Assembly: GCA_963742955.1 (NCBI GenBank)
Contig: CAVUOA010000009.1
Location: 754,596-818,595 of the forward strand
DNA: 64,000 nt
Source: Ignavibacteriota bacterium
GTDB taxonomy: Bacteria > Bacteroidota > Ignavibacteria > Tepidaquicellales > OLB5
Reading direction: 5' to 3'
Shown: one piece after another, positions 11,301 to 21,517 of the stretch
Layout: every line of letters starts with the position of its first letter
Numbering within the stretch: position 1 is the stretch's first letter
Made by a program: the position numbers and the translations under genes
The notes under the pieces: model-generated
The model's input: the letters and a program-made list of their open reading frames with translations, nothing else
Databases searched by the model: none
What the model was told of the DNA's origin: nothing

Positions 11301-12249
11301 GTGAAAAATATATTACTGAAATCTCTAACCTTTATTGTTATTCTCTTTGTAATATCCGGAAATTCGTATTCCCAGCTGGCTTTATTGAATTCAGACTCAC
11401 GGCTCACAAAATCACCGTCAGATAAAATCGGACTAAAACTGAAACCCGAACCGAATATTTTAAAGGCAGTAAAACCAAAAATAAACATTGTTAAAACTAC
11501 ATCCATTGCTGCATTTACAATAGGCGCAGGAGTATGGCTTCATAATTACCAGCGCAATTCATGGTGGGCAGGACAGCGCGGTCAGTTCCACATACAAAAC
11601 GATTGGGATTATTCAATGTCTGCCGATAAATGCGGTCATTTTTTTGACGGCGCGTTTATACATAAGCTTTTCAGCGGTTCTTTTGAATGGGCGGGATTCG
11701 ATAAAAAAAGCGCTATGTGGCTTGGAGCGCTTTCAAGTCTCGCATATATGACGGATATAGAAGTTGAAGACGGATTTGCAACAAGCTGGGGGTTCAGTCC
11801 CGGTGATGAAGCATGCAATACATTAGGCGCGTTTTATCCTGTTGTTCAATATTATGTTGAGCCTTTGCAGGAATTTAATTTTAAATGGAGTTATTTCCCA
11901 TCTGATGAAATCAGGAATGGTAATAAAAACGGTGCGTTCCTTGATGATTACAACGGGCAAACTATGTGGCTTTCAATCGGTGTATATCACTTTCTTCCAA
12001 AATCGATTAAAAAATACTGGCCTGATTTTATTAATATTGCTCTGGGTTACGGCGTTAAAGATTATACGGATTATGCTAAACAGGTATCAGAACGTTTATA
12101 TTGCCTTAGATTACGATTTCAGAAAGCTGATACCCGGTGATTCTAAATTTATGGTATGGATGAAGGATATACTGAACCATTTCAGAATTTTCCCGATGCC
12201 GGGAATCAGAATCAACAAGCACAGGGTAGAATACGTAATTAATTTTTAA
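11301..12249 (+). pseudogene. DUF2279-like lipoprotein paralogue, frameshifted near the 3' end
   Basis: ORF 11301-12140 and the tail of ORF 11842-12249 (VYIALDYDFRKLIPGDSKF...FPMPGIRINKHRVEYVINF) together align with the intact paralogue 12260-13261. The frame change lies at about 12070-12100. Confidence 0.7.
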
Positions 12250-12259
12250 ATATATTGAA

Positions 12260-13261
12260 TTGAAACGGGCTTTTATAAAATATTTTGTTATATCATTCTT
12301 CATGGCGGCAGTTACTATTAACCTGCAAAGCCAGAACAAAGATGATTTGATGAAATTTGACCTCTCTTTAAAAAATTCTTACAGCAAACAACAATTAAAA
12401 CTGAATGATAAAGAAGATTATAGCCTTTACACATTCCTGTCAGATTCATCAAAAAAAACTGTTTCACAAAAAAATAAAAATCAGTATAAAGTAATTCCCT
12501 GGAGAATCATACTTATGGGCGCAGTTGGCGCAGGGGTTTTTGCAGAAATGCACCACTACTATAAGACTACCTGGTGGAAAGACCAGAGAAAATTTTTCAA
12601 ATTCGCCGAAGACGGCTACTATGCCAGAAATATTGATAAGTTATCTCATATTTTCACAGCAAATGTTTTTACGGTTGGAACTGCTTATGCTTATGAATGG
12701 ACGGGCATATCACCGGAGAAATCTTTGTTATACGGTGCAATCACTGCAATGTCATACGAAACCTATATAGAAATAAATGACGGTTTCGCGCCGAACTGGG
12801 GATTTGATTGGATTGATATGGCTTCAAACTTTATAGGTGCGCTTTACCCTTTCGCCCAAAAAGAAGCGCCTTTACTTGAGAACTTTACTTTCAAATGGAG
12901 TTTCAAGCCTAAATGGCTGAAAGGGAAAATTCAGAATACTGACGATTTACTGGACGATTATACCAATATGACTTTCTGGCTGGGAGTAAGCCCCAAAGGG
13001 CTTCTGCCTAAAAAAATTGCAAAATACTATCCCGGATTTCTTGGATTTGCTTTTGGATTGAGCGTGAAGAATGCAAGCCATGTAAGCGGCAGCACACATG
13101 CCTACAGAGAATGGTATTTATCATTAGATTACGATATAACAAAACTTCCGGGTAATACTGAATTTTTGAAGAAATTAAAGAAGATTCTTAATTTCTATCA
13201 TTTCCCTGCTCCCGCGGTTAAAATAAGTCCTACAGGAGTGTGGTATGGACTTTATTTTTAA
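12260..13261 (+). CDS. DUF2279-like lipoprotein (intact paralogue)
   Basis: Shares WW.(G/K)Q....F....D........DK.(G/S)H.F and the C-terminal LDYD...FP.P blocks with the upstream copy. The family name is from memory only. Confidence 0.6.
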   Translation: MKRAFIKYFVISFFMAAVTINLQSQNKDDLMKFDLSLKNSYSKQQLKLNDKEDYSLYTFLSDSSKKTVSQKNKNQYKVIPWRIILMGAVGAGVFAEMHHYYKTTWWKDQRKFFKFAEDGYYARNIDKLSHIFTANVFTVGTAYAYEWTGISPEKSLLYGAITAMSYETYIEINDGFAPNWGFDWIDMASNFIGALYPFAQKEAPLLENFTFKWSFKPKWLKGKIQNTDDLLDDYTNMTFWLGVSPKGLLPKKIAKYYPGFLGFAFGLSVKNASHVSGSTHAYREWYLSLDYDITKLPGNTEFLKKLKKILNFYHFPAPAVKISPTGVWYGLYF

Positions 13262-13303
13262 TGAATTAAATTGTACATTTGAGACTTAAAATTTTGAAAT
13301 AAA

Positions 13304-13501
13304 ATGGCAAAAGCAACAACATTCGCTGAAAAAGCGGCAAAAAAAGCAAGAAAAGACGCTGAAATAACGTGCCCGGCATGTAATAAGACTGCAAAAGTAA
13401 TTAACGCTAAAGTTGTAAGTTCTGTAAAAACTGAAAAAAATACTTACAAGTTTCTTGAAAAGAACTCAAAGCTTTGCAGTAACTGTCTGGCTGAATTATA
13501 A
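13304..13501 (+). CDS. Small basic zinc-ribbon protein (CPACNK...CSNC)
   Basis: 65-aa ORF with two CxxC pairs, immediately upstream of rpmB. It possibly relates to small DUF4295-type proteins found next to ribosomal protein genes in FCB bacteria (memory-based). Confidence 0.45.
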   Translation: MAKATTFAEKAAKKARKDAEITCPACNKTAKVINAKVVSSVKTEKNTYKFLEKNSKLCSNCLAEL

Positions 13502-13522
13502 ATCATTTAAGAAGCACTCAAA

Positions 13523-13747
13523 ATGTCAAGAGTTTGTCAACTTACAGGTAAAAGACCTTTAACTGGAAATAACGTATCACACGCTCACAACAGAACCAAA
13601 ATGAGGCAAATGCCTAATTTGAAAGTTAAGAAAATCTGGATTCCGGAGGAAAACAAATTTATAAAGCTTAAACTTTCAACAAGAGCGCTGCGCACACTTA
13701 AGAAAAAAGGTTACGCAGCCATGGTTTCCGACCTTAAAAAAAGCTAA
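13523..13747 (+). CDS. rpmB: 50S ribosomal protein L28
   Basis: MSRVCQLTGKRPLTGNNVSHAHNRTKMRQMPNL is the L28 signature. Confidence 0.95.
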   Translation: MSRVCQLTGKRPLTGNNVSHAHNRTKMRQMPNLKVKKIWIPEENKFIKLKLSTRALRTLKKKGYAAMVSDLKKS

Positions 13748-13767
13748 TTACCTTTTGAGGAAATAAT

Positions 13768-14514
13768 TTGCATAGTGAAAAGAAACACTGTGTAATCAGT
13801 GTAATTATTCCTGCCCTCAACGAAGAAAAGCTTATTTCTCAAACATTAGCGCAGTTCACCCCTGAGATAAAAGAAAAATTCAACATTGAAGTTATAGTTT
13901 CAGACGGAGGAAGCACAGATTTAACTCTTGATATTGCTATGAAAGCAGCAGACATTGTTGTGGAAGCAGGTAAAGATGTGCATCAAAATATTCCGCAGGG
14001 CAGAAACCTCGGCGCAAAACATGCTTCGGGAGAATTCTTATACTTCATAAATGCCGATACTTTAATACCCGATTCAGTTAAATTTTTCGAAAAGACCACC
14101 GGGGCGCTTAGAAACCCAAAGAATGCCTCCCTGACGATGAAATTTAAAATTTTCCCAAATGAAGAAAAGCTGTCCGACAAACTTTTTCATACTTGTTACA
14201 ATAATTATGTATTTCTGCTGAACTCAATCGGCATGGGTATGGGAAGGGGTGAATGCCAGATTGTAAAAAAAGAGTTATTCGATAAGCTGGGCGGATACAA
14301 CGAAAATCTGCCCGCTGGTGAGGATTTTGAGTTATATAAGAGATTAAAAAAATTCGGGAAAATAAAATACCTGAGAGAGCTTACTGTTTATGAATCTCCG
14401 CGCAGATACAGGAAATTCGGTTATATGAGGGTTTTCTGGGACTGGACAAAGAACTCTGTTTCAGTTGTGTTAAGAAATAAATCAGTTTCCGATAAATGGG
14501 AAGCTGTAAGATAA
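13768..14514 (+). CDS. Family 2 glycosyltransferase
   Basis: VISVIIPALNEEK...VSDGGSTDLT...FINADT, i.e. a GT-A fold with a DxD-like motif. Confidence 0.85.
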   Translation: MHSEKKHCVISVIIPALNEEKLISQTLAQFTPEIKEKFNIEVIVSDGGSTDLTLDIAMKAADIVVEAGKDVHQNIPQGRNLGAKHASGEFLYFINADTLIPDSVKFFEKTTGALRNPKNASLTMKFKIFPNEEKLSDKLFHTCYNNYVFLLNSIGMGMGRGECQIVKKELFDKLGGYNENLPAGEDFELYKRLKKFGKIKYLRELTVYESPRRYRKFGYMRVFWDWTKNSVSVVLRNKSVSDKWEAVR

Positions 14515-15502
14515 CTAAGCTGATAAATATTTATCTCTTGAAAGATAATTCACTACATAATCCTCAACAGACTTATCAAGACTTGTCATTTCGTTTTCAT
14601 AGCCCGCATTTCTCAGTTTATTAAGGTTTGCTTTGCTGTAATATTGATATTGGTTCTTAAGATTATCCGGCATGTCTACATATATAATATCCGGCTCAAG
14701 CTTCATTGCCTTAAAAACTGCATTAGCCAGTTCATTCCAGCTTGAAGCTCTGCCTGAACCGATATTATATATTCCCGTTTGATCTTTGCCAATGGGATTT
14801 AATAAATCAAAGAAAATTGTCATTTCAACAGCATCTTTCACATAAATAAAGTCCCGTTTCTGTTCACCGTCAGCATATTCTTTCTTATCCGATTTAAACA
14901 GCTTCATTTTGGCGGTCTGTTTTATCTGGTCATATGCTTTGTTTACCATGCTCCGCATATCATTTTTATGGTTTTCATTGGGTCCGAAAACATTAAAATA
15001 CTTTAAGCCAACAAACTTATTTTGGAGGTTATTTTCAAGCACCCACAAATCGAACATCTGTTTCGATAACCCATATTTATTCAGAGGTTTAAGCTGAGGA
15101 ATAAGTTTTACATCATCATCAAAGCCAATGCTCCCGTCCCCGTATGTTGCGGCGCTTGAAGCATAAATATACCTTACGTTTTCTTTTAAGCACCATTCAC
15201 CCAGTATTTTGGAATACTCGTAATTATTCTGCTTCAGGTAATTCATATCATTTTCCGTTGTAGAGGTGCAGGCTCCCATGTGATATAAAGTCTCAACCTT
15301 GCCGGATAATTCGCCAGAACCAAGCTTTTTAAGAAAAGTTTCCTTGTCGATAAATTCGGTATATTTAAGATTTTCAAGATTTCTTTCTTTTGTGCCTTCA
15401 TGGTCGGTATCAACAATTAATAATATCGTTAATTCCCAAAGTATTAAGGCGCCAGCAAATTGCGCTTCCTATAAATCCTGCTCCTCCGGTTATAATTCTC
15501 AT
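14515..15502 (-). pseudogene. hldD: ADP-L-glycero-D-manno-heptose 6-epimerase, N-terminal frameshift
   Basis: ATG at 15502 gives MRIITGGAGFIGSAICWRLNTLGINDI (the Rossmann GxxGxxG). It then runs into TGA, and the reading continues in another frame as LIVDTDHEGTK...YHMGACTS...YASSAATYG...YGLSK. The frame break lies at about 15425-15440. Confidence 0.85.
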
Positions 15503-15692
15503 AGTCTAATATGTATTAAAAGCTGTTCTGAAAGTTTAAATTTATCTGTTTAAAGGTAATTATTCAATTTATTAAATTTTGCCAATTTTAAAAATATGAA
15601 TACTTTAAAAATACGATATAATTGATTATATTAGCTCAAGGGTAATTGCACATCTTTTACATATTTAATACAACTAACTAAAGGAGGTAAAA

Positions 15693-16613
15693 ATGAAAAA
15701 AATATTATATTTACTGTTTTTATCATCTTATTTGCCGGTTCAATTTCTTATTCTCAAATTTACAGAATTAATGAAAGCTTTGAAAGCTATGATTCATTAA
15801 CACTTCCTCCTGGATGGACAGTATGGAATGCAGCAGCATTTCCAATTCAACCATTTACAAATTGGACGGTCAGAGATTCAGGAGTCGGACTTCCAGGTGT
15901 TTCTTCAGGTGTAGCGAGTTTCTCATAGTGGTATTAAAGCAATCGGAGTAAGTTGGTACAGCGGAATTGACACACTAACAAATGTTGATACTATAGCAGA
16001 CGCCTGGCTGGTGACAAAACGGATTACCGGAAACGGAGTTAATGACAATCTAAGTTTTTGGATAGCTGGAGGAACTCCTTCATTTCTTGACAGCTTGCAG
16101 ATATGGGTTAGTACTATTGATTCTATTCCGGCACATTTTAATCATTATATTGAAACTCTGGTAAGAGGACCCGGTACATGGGGACAATTCTCACAGGAAT
16201 TTGTTCCGCTGGATGTATTCGCAGGTCAAACGATATGGATTGGTTTTAGGTACAATATGGATGTATCACACGATGGAGTATTTGTGCACCTTGATGATAT
16301 ACAGGTGTTTGACCCGATTGGAATACGTCCTATAGGAAGTGAAGTCCCTAAAACTTTTGCTTTAAGACAGAACTATCCCAATCCTTTCAATCCTGTGACA
16401 TATATAGAATTTGACCTCCCAAAGACTGAATTTGTTAATATTGTGCTTTATAACACATTGGGTCAGGAAGTGAAAACTTTGCTTAATGAAAACAAAACAG
16501 CAGGCTCTTATAAAATTGATTTTGATGCTTCACGCCTATCCAGCGGCACTTATTTTTACAGAATTACAGCCGGTTCTTTTGTTAAAACGATGAAAATGGT
16601 GCTGGTTAAATAA
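15693..16613 (+). pseudogene. Choice-of-anchor-J-like T9SS cargo protein with two frameshifts
   Basis: AAGGAGG RBS precedes the ATG at 15693 (MKKILYLLF). The frame is lost in the T5 run 15717-15721. The next frame reads IILFAGSISYSQIYRINESFESYDSLTLPPGWTVWN. The original frame is regained at about 15912-15923 and ends in RQNYPNPFNPVTYIEFDL (T9SS CTD). Confidence 0.7.
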
Positions 16614-16637
16614 AACCTGTTTTAAACCTGGTTATTA

Positions 16638-16665
16638 GGCGGAAACTGAAGTTTCCGCCTTTTTT
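16638..16665 (+). terminator. Rho-independent terminator
   Basis: ggcggaaac-tgaa-gtttccgcc followed by a T6 run. Confidence 0.85.
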
Positions 16666-16742
16666 ATTGCTTATCAGGTGTTTACCATTGAATATCATAC
16701 AGTGATTAAATATATTTGTTTTTTACAAAATTTAAGAGAAAA

Positions 16743-19406
16743 ATGGATTACAAAAGAGTTAACCGCATAATTGCAGCAGTAATATTTGTTATTTGTTCAA
16801 TTGTATATCTTACTACAATGCAGCCCAATGTATCATTCTGGGACTGCGGTGAGTTTGTTGCAACTGCCTACACTGTTTCAGTTCCGCACCCCCCGGGAGC
16901 GCCGCTCTGGACTCTTGTAGGAAAACTTGCCACCTTGATGCCGTTCGGAAATAATCCTGCTGTTCGTATGAATGCTGTTGCCGCGGTAAGCTCAGGAGTT
17001 ACTGTAATGCTGCTTTACCTTGTTATAGTTATGGTAATTAAAAATTGGAGAGGAATACCTAAGAACGGATGGGAAATGGTTATGACCTACGGCGCTGCAG
17101 CAATAGGTGCTTTGTCATACGGTTTTACGGATTCATTTTGGTTTAATGCAATGGAATCTGAAGTATACGCCTTAGGAACTATGCTGGTAGCGCTTGGTAT
17201 ATGGCTTATTATGTATTGGCGGGAAATTGCTGACGATAAAGGAAATGAAAAGATTCTTCTTGTAACTGCATATCTGGTAGGACTCTCGCTTGGTATCCAT
17301 TTGCTTGTTGTTCAGGTTATTTTAATTGCAGGGCTGATTTATTATTTCCGCAAATATGAGTACAACCGCAAAACATTTTTTATAGCATTTGTAATCACCT
17401 GCTGCTCATTTATTGTAGTGTACCCGATTATTGTAATCTGGTATCCTACATGGCTCAGCGGCGATATAAGAACATTGAAAATAGATAACAGCTCCGCAGT
17501 ATTCTGGATGGCTGTTTTAATAGTGCCTGCTATTCTTTACGGAATTTACTGGGCTTACAAAAACAAAAAAAGGACATGGGCTTTAGCATTAATAGCTCTG
17601 TTCATGATTTTTTTAGGATATTCAATTTACACAAGCGTTTTGCTCCGAGCTAATGTAGATAACCTGCCTATTAATGAGAATGAACCGAACAATATGGAAA
17701 AACTTGTTTCATACCTAAGCCGTGAACAATACGGTGATGCGCCTTTCTGGCCGAGGAGATATTCGCAGGAACCTATGCACAGACGTACATGGACTAATTA
17801 TACAAGCGATATGGATTTTATGTGGAGATGGCAGATTAACCATATGTTCAACCGTTACCTTGGATGGCAGTACATAGGAAGAGCCGGATACGAACAGGAC
17901 CAGGGTATTGACTGGAGCAAGTTTTACGGGATTCCGTTTCTAATAGGACTTTTCGGTTTATTTTATCATTTCCGGAAAGACTGGAAACTGGGGCTTGTAT
18001 TTTTGTGGGCATTCCTGCTTATGGGTGTGTTCACGGAACTGTTCCAGCGGCAGCAGGACCCCCAGCCGCGTGAAAGAGATTATTTCTATGAAGGTGCATT
18101 CTTTGTCTATTCATTGTGGATAGGAATAGGCACCATGGGTATTATGGAACTTATCAAAGACGGTATAAAAAATAAAAAGGCTATGATGGCAACAGGCGTA
18201 ATCTCGCTGTTTGCCCTGCTGGTATTTATACCCGGCAATATGTACAGGATAAACCACTTCTACCAGGACAGGCACGATAATTATGTGCCGTACGATTATG
18301 CATACAATATTCTGCAAAGTGTAGATAAAGACGGCATTATTTTCACAAACGGAGATAATGATACATTCCCCTTATGGTACCTCCAGGCAATCGGCTTCAG
18401 GCAGGATGTAAGAGTAATAAATTTAAGCCTGCTTAATACAGACTGGTACATAAAAGAACAGAAAAATGAAATGCCCTACGGAGCACTGAAAGTACCTATC
18501 AGTATGAGTGACGCTCAGATAGAAAAAGTCCAGCCTACTCAGTGGAGCGATTATAAAGTTGTCAGTGTGTCCGTCCCGCCGGAAGCATACCCCGATTCGT
18601 TGAGGGCAAAAGGACTGGCTCCTGATAAAATATCATGGCGTATGCCCGCAACAATAAATTACCAGAATATCAAGGCTGTTAAAGTTCAGGATTTAATGAT
18701 TTACGAAATAGTAAAATCCAACAATTGGCAGCGTCCTATATATTTCTCGGCTACTGTAACTGACGATAACTTTATCGGTCTTGACGACTATCTTGTAACC
18801 GAAGGAATGTCTAAAAGACTTGTTCCTTTTAAAGAAGAAGGAAAACAATTTAGAGTCAATGTGAAAAAAACATATGATAATATGATGATTATACCGCAGG
18901 AACATTCCAAGACTCCTCAGGATGGCATGTTTTTCAGAGGATTTAACAATCCTAATATTTTCTTTGACCAGGTACACCAGAACATTGTTCAAAACTACAG
19001 GTCTCAGTACCTCACTTTTGCTTACGCTCTTTATAGTGACAGCAGTGATACAAAAGTTGAGGATGTTCTTGACAAAATGGAGCAGAACCTTCCAAGAAGT
19101 GTTGTACCGATGGATTACAGAATTGAATATGACGTTGCAATGATGTATTTAAGAATCGGGAATAAGAGCAAATTCAATGAGCTATCTGTCGATATTGAAC
19201 AGAAAGCGCTGGCAGACATGCAGAGGAATCCCGGCGATATTTCTACATATTGGAATCCTTATAAGCTGCTTATTGATATTTATGACGGAAGAGGAGAATA
19301 CGGCAAAGAACTTGATATGCTGACTAAACTTGACAGGATTTCTCCGGGAAGCCCCGAGATTAAAGCAAAAATGGAAATGCTGAAATCAAAACTGCAGATA
19401 AAATAA
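16743..19406 (+). CDS. DUF2723-type polytopic membrane protein (GT-C-like glycosyltransferase) with C-terminal TPR-like region
   Basis: Contains WDCGEFVATAYTVSVPHPPGAPLW and more than 10 TM segments. The ATG at 16743 is preferred over the track's TTG at 16716. Confidence 0.8.
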   Translation: MDYKRVNRIIAAVIFVICSIVYLTTMQPNVSFWDCGEFVATAYTVSVPHPPGAPLWTLVGKLATLMPFGNNPAVRMNAVAAVSSGVTVMLLYLVIVMVIKNWRGIPKNGWEMVMTYGAAAIGALSYGFTDSFWFNAMESEVYALGTMLVALGIWLIMYWREIADDKGNEKILLVTAYLVGLSLGIHLLVVQVILIAGLIYYFRKYEYNRKTFFIAFVITCCSFIVVYPIIVIWYPTWLSGDIRTLKIDNSSAVFWMAVLIVPAILYGIYWAYKNKKRTWALALIALFMIFLGYSIYTSVLLRANVDNLPINENEPNNMEKLVSYLSREQYGDAPFWPRRYSQEPMHRRTWTNYTSDMDFMWRWQINHMFNRYLGWQYIGRAGYEQDQGIDWSKFYGIPFLIGLFGLFYHFRKDWKLGLVFLWAFLLMGVFTELFQRQQDPQPRERDYFYEGAFFVYSLWIGIGTMGIMELIKDGIKNKKAMMATGVISLFALLVFIPGNMYRINHFYQDRHDNYVPYDYAYNILQSVDKDGIIFTNGDNDTFPLWYLQAIGFRQDVRVINLSLLNTDWYIKEQKNEMPYGALKVPISMSDAQIEKVQPTQWSDYKVVSVSVPPEAYPDSLRAKGLAPDKISWRMPATINYQNIKAVKVQDLMIYEIVKSNNWQRPIYFSATVTDDNFIGLDDYLVTEGMSKRLVPFKEEGKQFRVNVKKTYDNMMIIPQEHSKTPQDGMFFRGFNNPNIFFDQVHQNIVQNYRSQYLTFAYALYSDSSDTKVEDVLDKMEQNLPRSVVPMDYRIEYDVAMMYLRIGNKSKFNELSVDIEQKALADMQRNPGDISTYWNPYKLLIDIYDGRGEYGKELDMLTKLDRISPGSPEIKAKMEMLKSKLQIK

Positions 19407-19429
19407 ATACCGGAAGAATTTCATCTAAA

Positions 19430-19459
19430 CCTGTCAGGCTCTTACCTGGCAGGTTTTAT
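19430..19459 (+). terminator. Rho-independent terminator
   Basis: acctgtcagg-ctctta-cctggcaggt (10 bp with one G-U pair) followed by tttta. Confidence 0.7.
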
Positions 19460-19493
19460 AATTAAGCAGGATACCCGATAACATTTAAAAGCG

Positions 19494-21506
19494 ATGTCTT
19501 CTAAGAAGTCCTCCAAAAAAAACGTTCACAAAACTGTGAACCCTAAAAAGCAGTCCGATAGCATTAAATATTTCCCGTATATAGCTCTTGTTATACTCGG
19601 GATAATATTTATTTACTACTGCAAAGCGTTTGATTTTGTACAGGACGATTCCTTCATTACATTCCGCTATGTAAAAAATTTCACCGATGGAAACGGGCTG
19701 GTATTCAACATCGGCGAAAAAGTCGAAGGTTATACGTGTTTTCTTTGGGTGTTAACACTTTCCGGGGCAAAAGTTATCGGGACAAATTTTATTTCCGCAT
19801 CACAGACTTTAGGAATTATAGCATCACTTCTGGCATTATTTTTCACGTTCAGAATTTCCACAAACATATTTCCAAAAAATAAACATCCGTTTTTTAATTT
19901 CGTTTTCAGCATGGCTGCCGTTGTAATGCTCGTTTCCAACGGAGCATTTGCCTACTGGTCGGTCAGCGGAATGGAAACGGGGCTCTTTGCTTTCCTTGTG
20001 ACATTGGGTATCTATCTTTACCTGAAAGAGAATAATAATTCAGGCTTATTCCCCTACTCTGCAATTGTTTTTCTATTAGCATCACTCTCAAGACCTGAGG
20101 GCAACCTGATTTTTGCTATTACGGTGCTTCATAAAATAATTATTACCTTTAGAACAGAAAAAAAAGAAGGTGAAAGTAAGATTAAGATACTGGCATCAAA
20201 GAGAAATATAATGTGGATACTCATATATGCCGTCCCTGCATTGATATATATGATATGGAGATACTCATACTACGGTTACTGGCTGCCTAATACATTTTAT
20301 GCCAAAACGGGAACATCAATTGAATATTTTAAAGCGGGGATAGATTATTTCTGGGACTTTTCCAAGACTTACGGATTATACGGTATACTGCCCGCTTTAA
20401 CTTTGCTTAACCTAAAGCAGAAAGAAAAGTTCAGTCAGTATCTTTATTTGCTGATGGTATTTTTTATATTTACATTGTACGTAGTTCTTGTAGGCGGAGA
20501 TGTTTTAAGACCGGGAAGATTCTTCGTACCGCTGCTGCCTGTTTATTATATTCTTATTCAGGAAGCATTTTACAATCTCGTTCAGCTTTGGGAAAATAAA
20601 TCAAAAGTTTCTGCTTCTGTAACCGCAACCATTGTTCTTGCCATTGCAATTGTTTACGGATATTACTCATACACCTCGCAGTATGATACAATAAAACGTT
20701 ACAGCGAGCTCGAAAACGGGCTTGTTCAAAAAATGCAGATTACAGCTAACTGGCTGAAAAATAAACAAACAGCTGAAGGTAAACGGCTTACAGTTGCCGC
20801 AACTACAATCGGAGCAATATCGTATTATTCCGAAACAGAATTAATCGATATGCTGGGGCTTACCGATAAAACCATTGCGCATGACCCGCAGCCAATTGCA
20901 GAAATATCCGCCAACTCTGAAATCGGCTGGAAAGAACGCAATTATAATGTTAACTACGTGCTGTCAAGAAAGCCCGATTATATTTATTTTTCAACGGGAA
21001 TAAAACCAAGCGCTTACGCAGAAAGAGGATTGTTCACATCAAATGAGTTCTTAAAATGGTATTACCCTTCTTATTTTACCATTAAAGAATACTCATTTAC
21101 CGATTGCATTTACAAGCGAAAAACAGATGATGAAGTTAAAGCTGATACTCTTAACCTGCCTCCAAACCCGAATTACAAAAAAACATTTGTAAATTTGTAT
21201 AACCAGGCAATGAATACCTCGCGCGATAAGAGCAAATATCAGGAAGCAATAGAACTTTACAAAAAGACACTGGATGAAGCGCCATCTAACTTCGGAACAC
21301 CCTATTCGATGATTGGCGAACTGTATTTACAGATGAAGAATAAAGACAAAGCCATGGAGAATTACAAAAAGGCAATTGCTATAGACGATTACAACGTAAT
21401 GGCTCATTATTACCTTTACCAGCTTTACCTTGAAAAAGGCGATACCGCAAATGCAGTTAATAATTTTGAGAAAATTCAGAAATATTCACCCGATATGCTG
21501 AAATAA
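19494..21506 (+). CDS. Polytopic membrane glycosyltransferase (GT-C/ArnT-PMT-like) with C-terminal TPR repeats
   Basis: DDSFITFRYVKNFTDGNGLVFNIGEKVEGYT loop after TM1, about 10 TM segments, and C-terminal TPR-like repeats (AIELYKKTL..., MENYKKAIAIDD...). Confidence 0.7.
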   Translation: MSSKKSSKKNVHKTVNPKKQSDSIKYFPYIALVILGIIFIYYCKAFDFVQDDSFITFRYVKNFTDGNGLVFNIGEKVEGYTCFLWVLTLSGAKVIGTNFISASQTLGIIASLLALFFTFRISTNIFPKNKHPFFNFVFSMAAVVMLVSNGAFAYWSVSGMETGLFAFLVTLGIYLYLKENNNSGLFPYSAIVFLLASLSRPEGNLIFAITVLHKIIITFRTEKKEGESKIKILASKRNIMWILIYAVPALIYMIWRYSYYGYWLPNTFYAKTGTSIEYFKAGIDYFWDFSKTYGLYGILPALTLLNLKQKEKFSQYLYLLMVFFIFTLYVVLVGGDVLRPGRFFVPLLPVYYILIQEAFYNLVQLWENKSKVSASVTATIVLAIAIVYGYYSYTSQYDTIKRYSELENGLVQKMQITANWLKNKQTAEGKRLTVAATTIGAISYYSETELIDMLGLTDKTIAHDPQPIAEISANSEIGWKERNYNVNYVLSRKPDYIYFSTGIKPSAYAERGLFTSNEFLKWYYPSYFTIKEYSFTDCIYKRKTDDEVKADTLNLPPNPNYKKTFVNLYNQAMNTSRDKSKYQEAIELYKKTLDEAPSNFGTPYSMIGELYLQMKNKDKAMENYKKAIAIDDYNVMAHYYLYQLYLEKGDTANAVNNFEKIQKYSPDMLK

Positions 21507-21517
21507 AATACACAATT

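Noticed and set aside
15436-15455. GGCGCC-N6-TTGC sigma-54-like match on the plus strand.
   Set aside because: The spacing is off by two relative to GG-N10-GC, and it lies inside the hldD coding region on the opposite strand.
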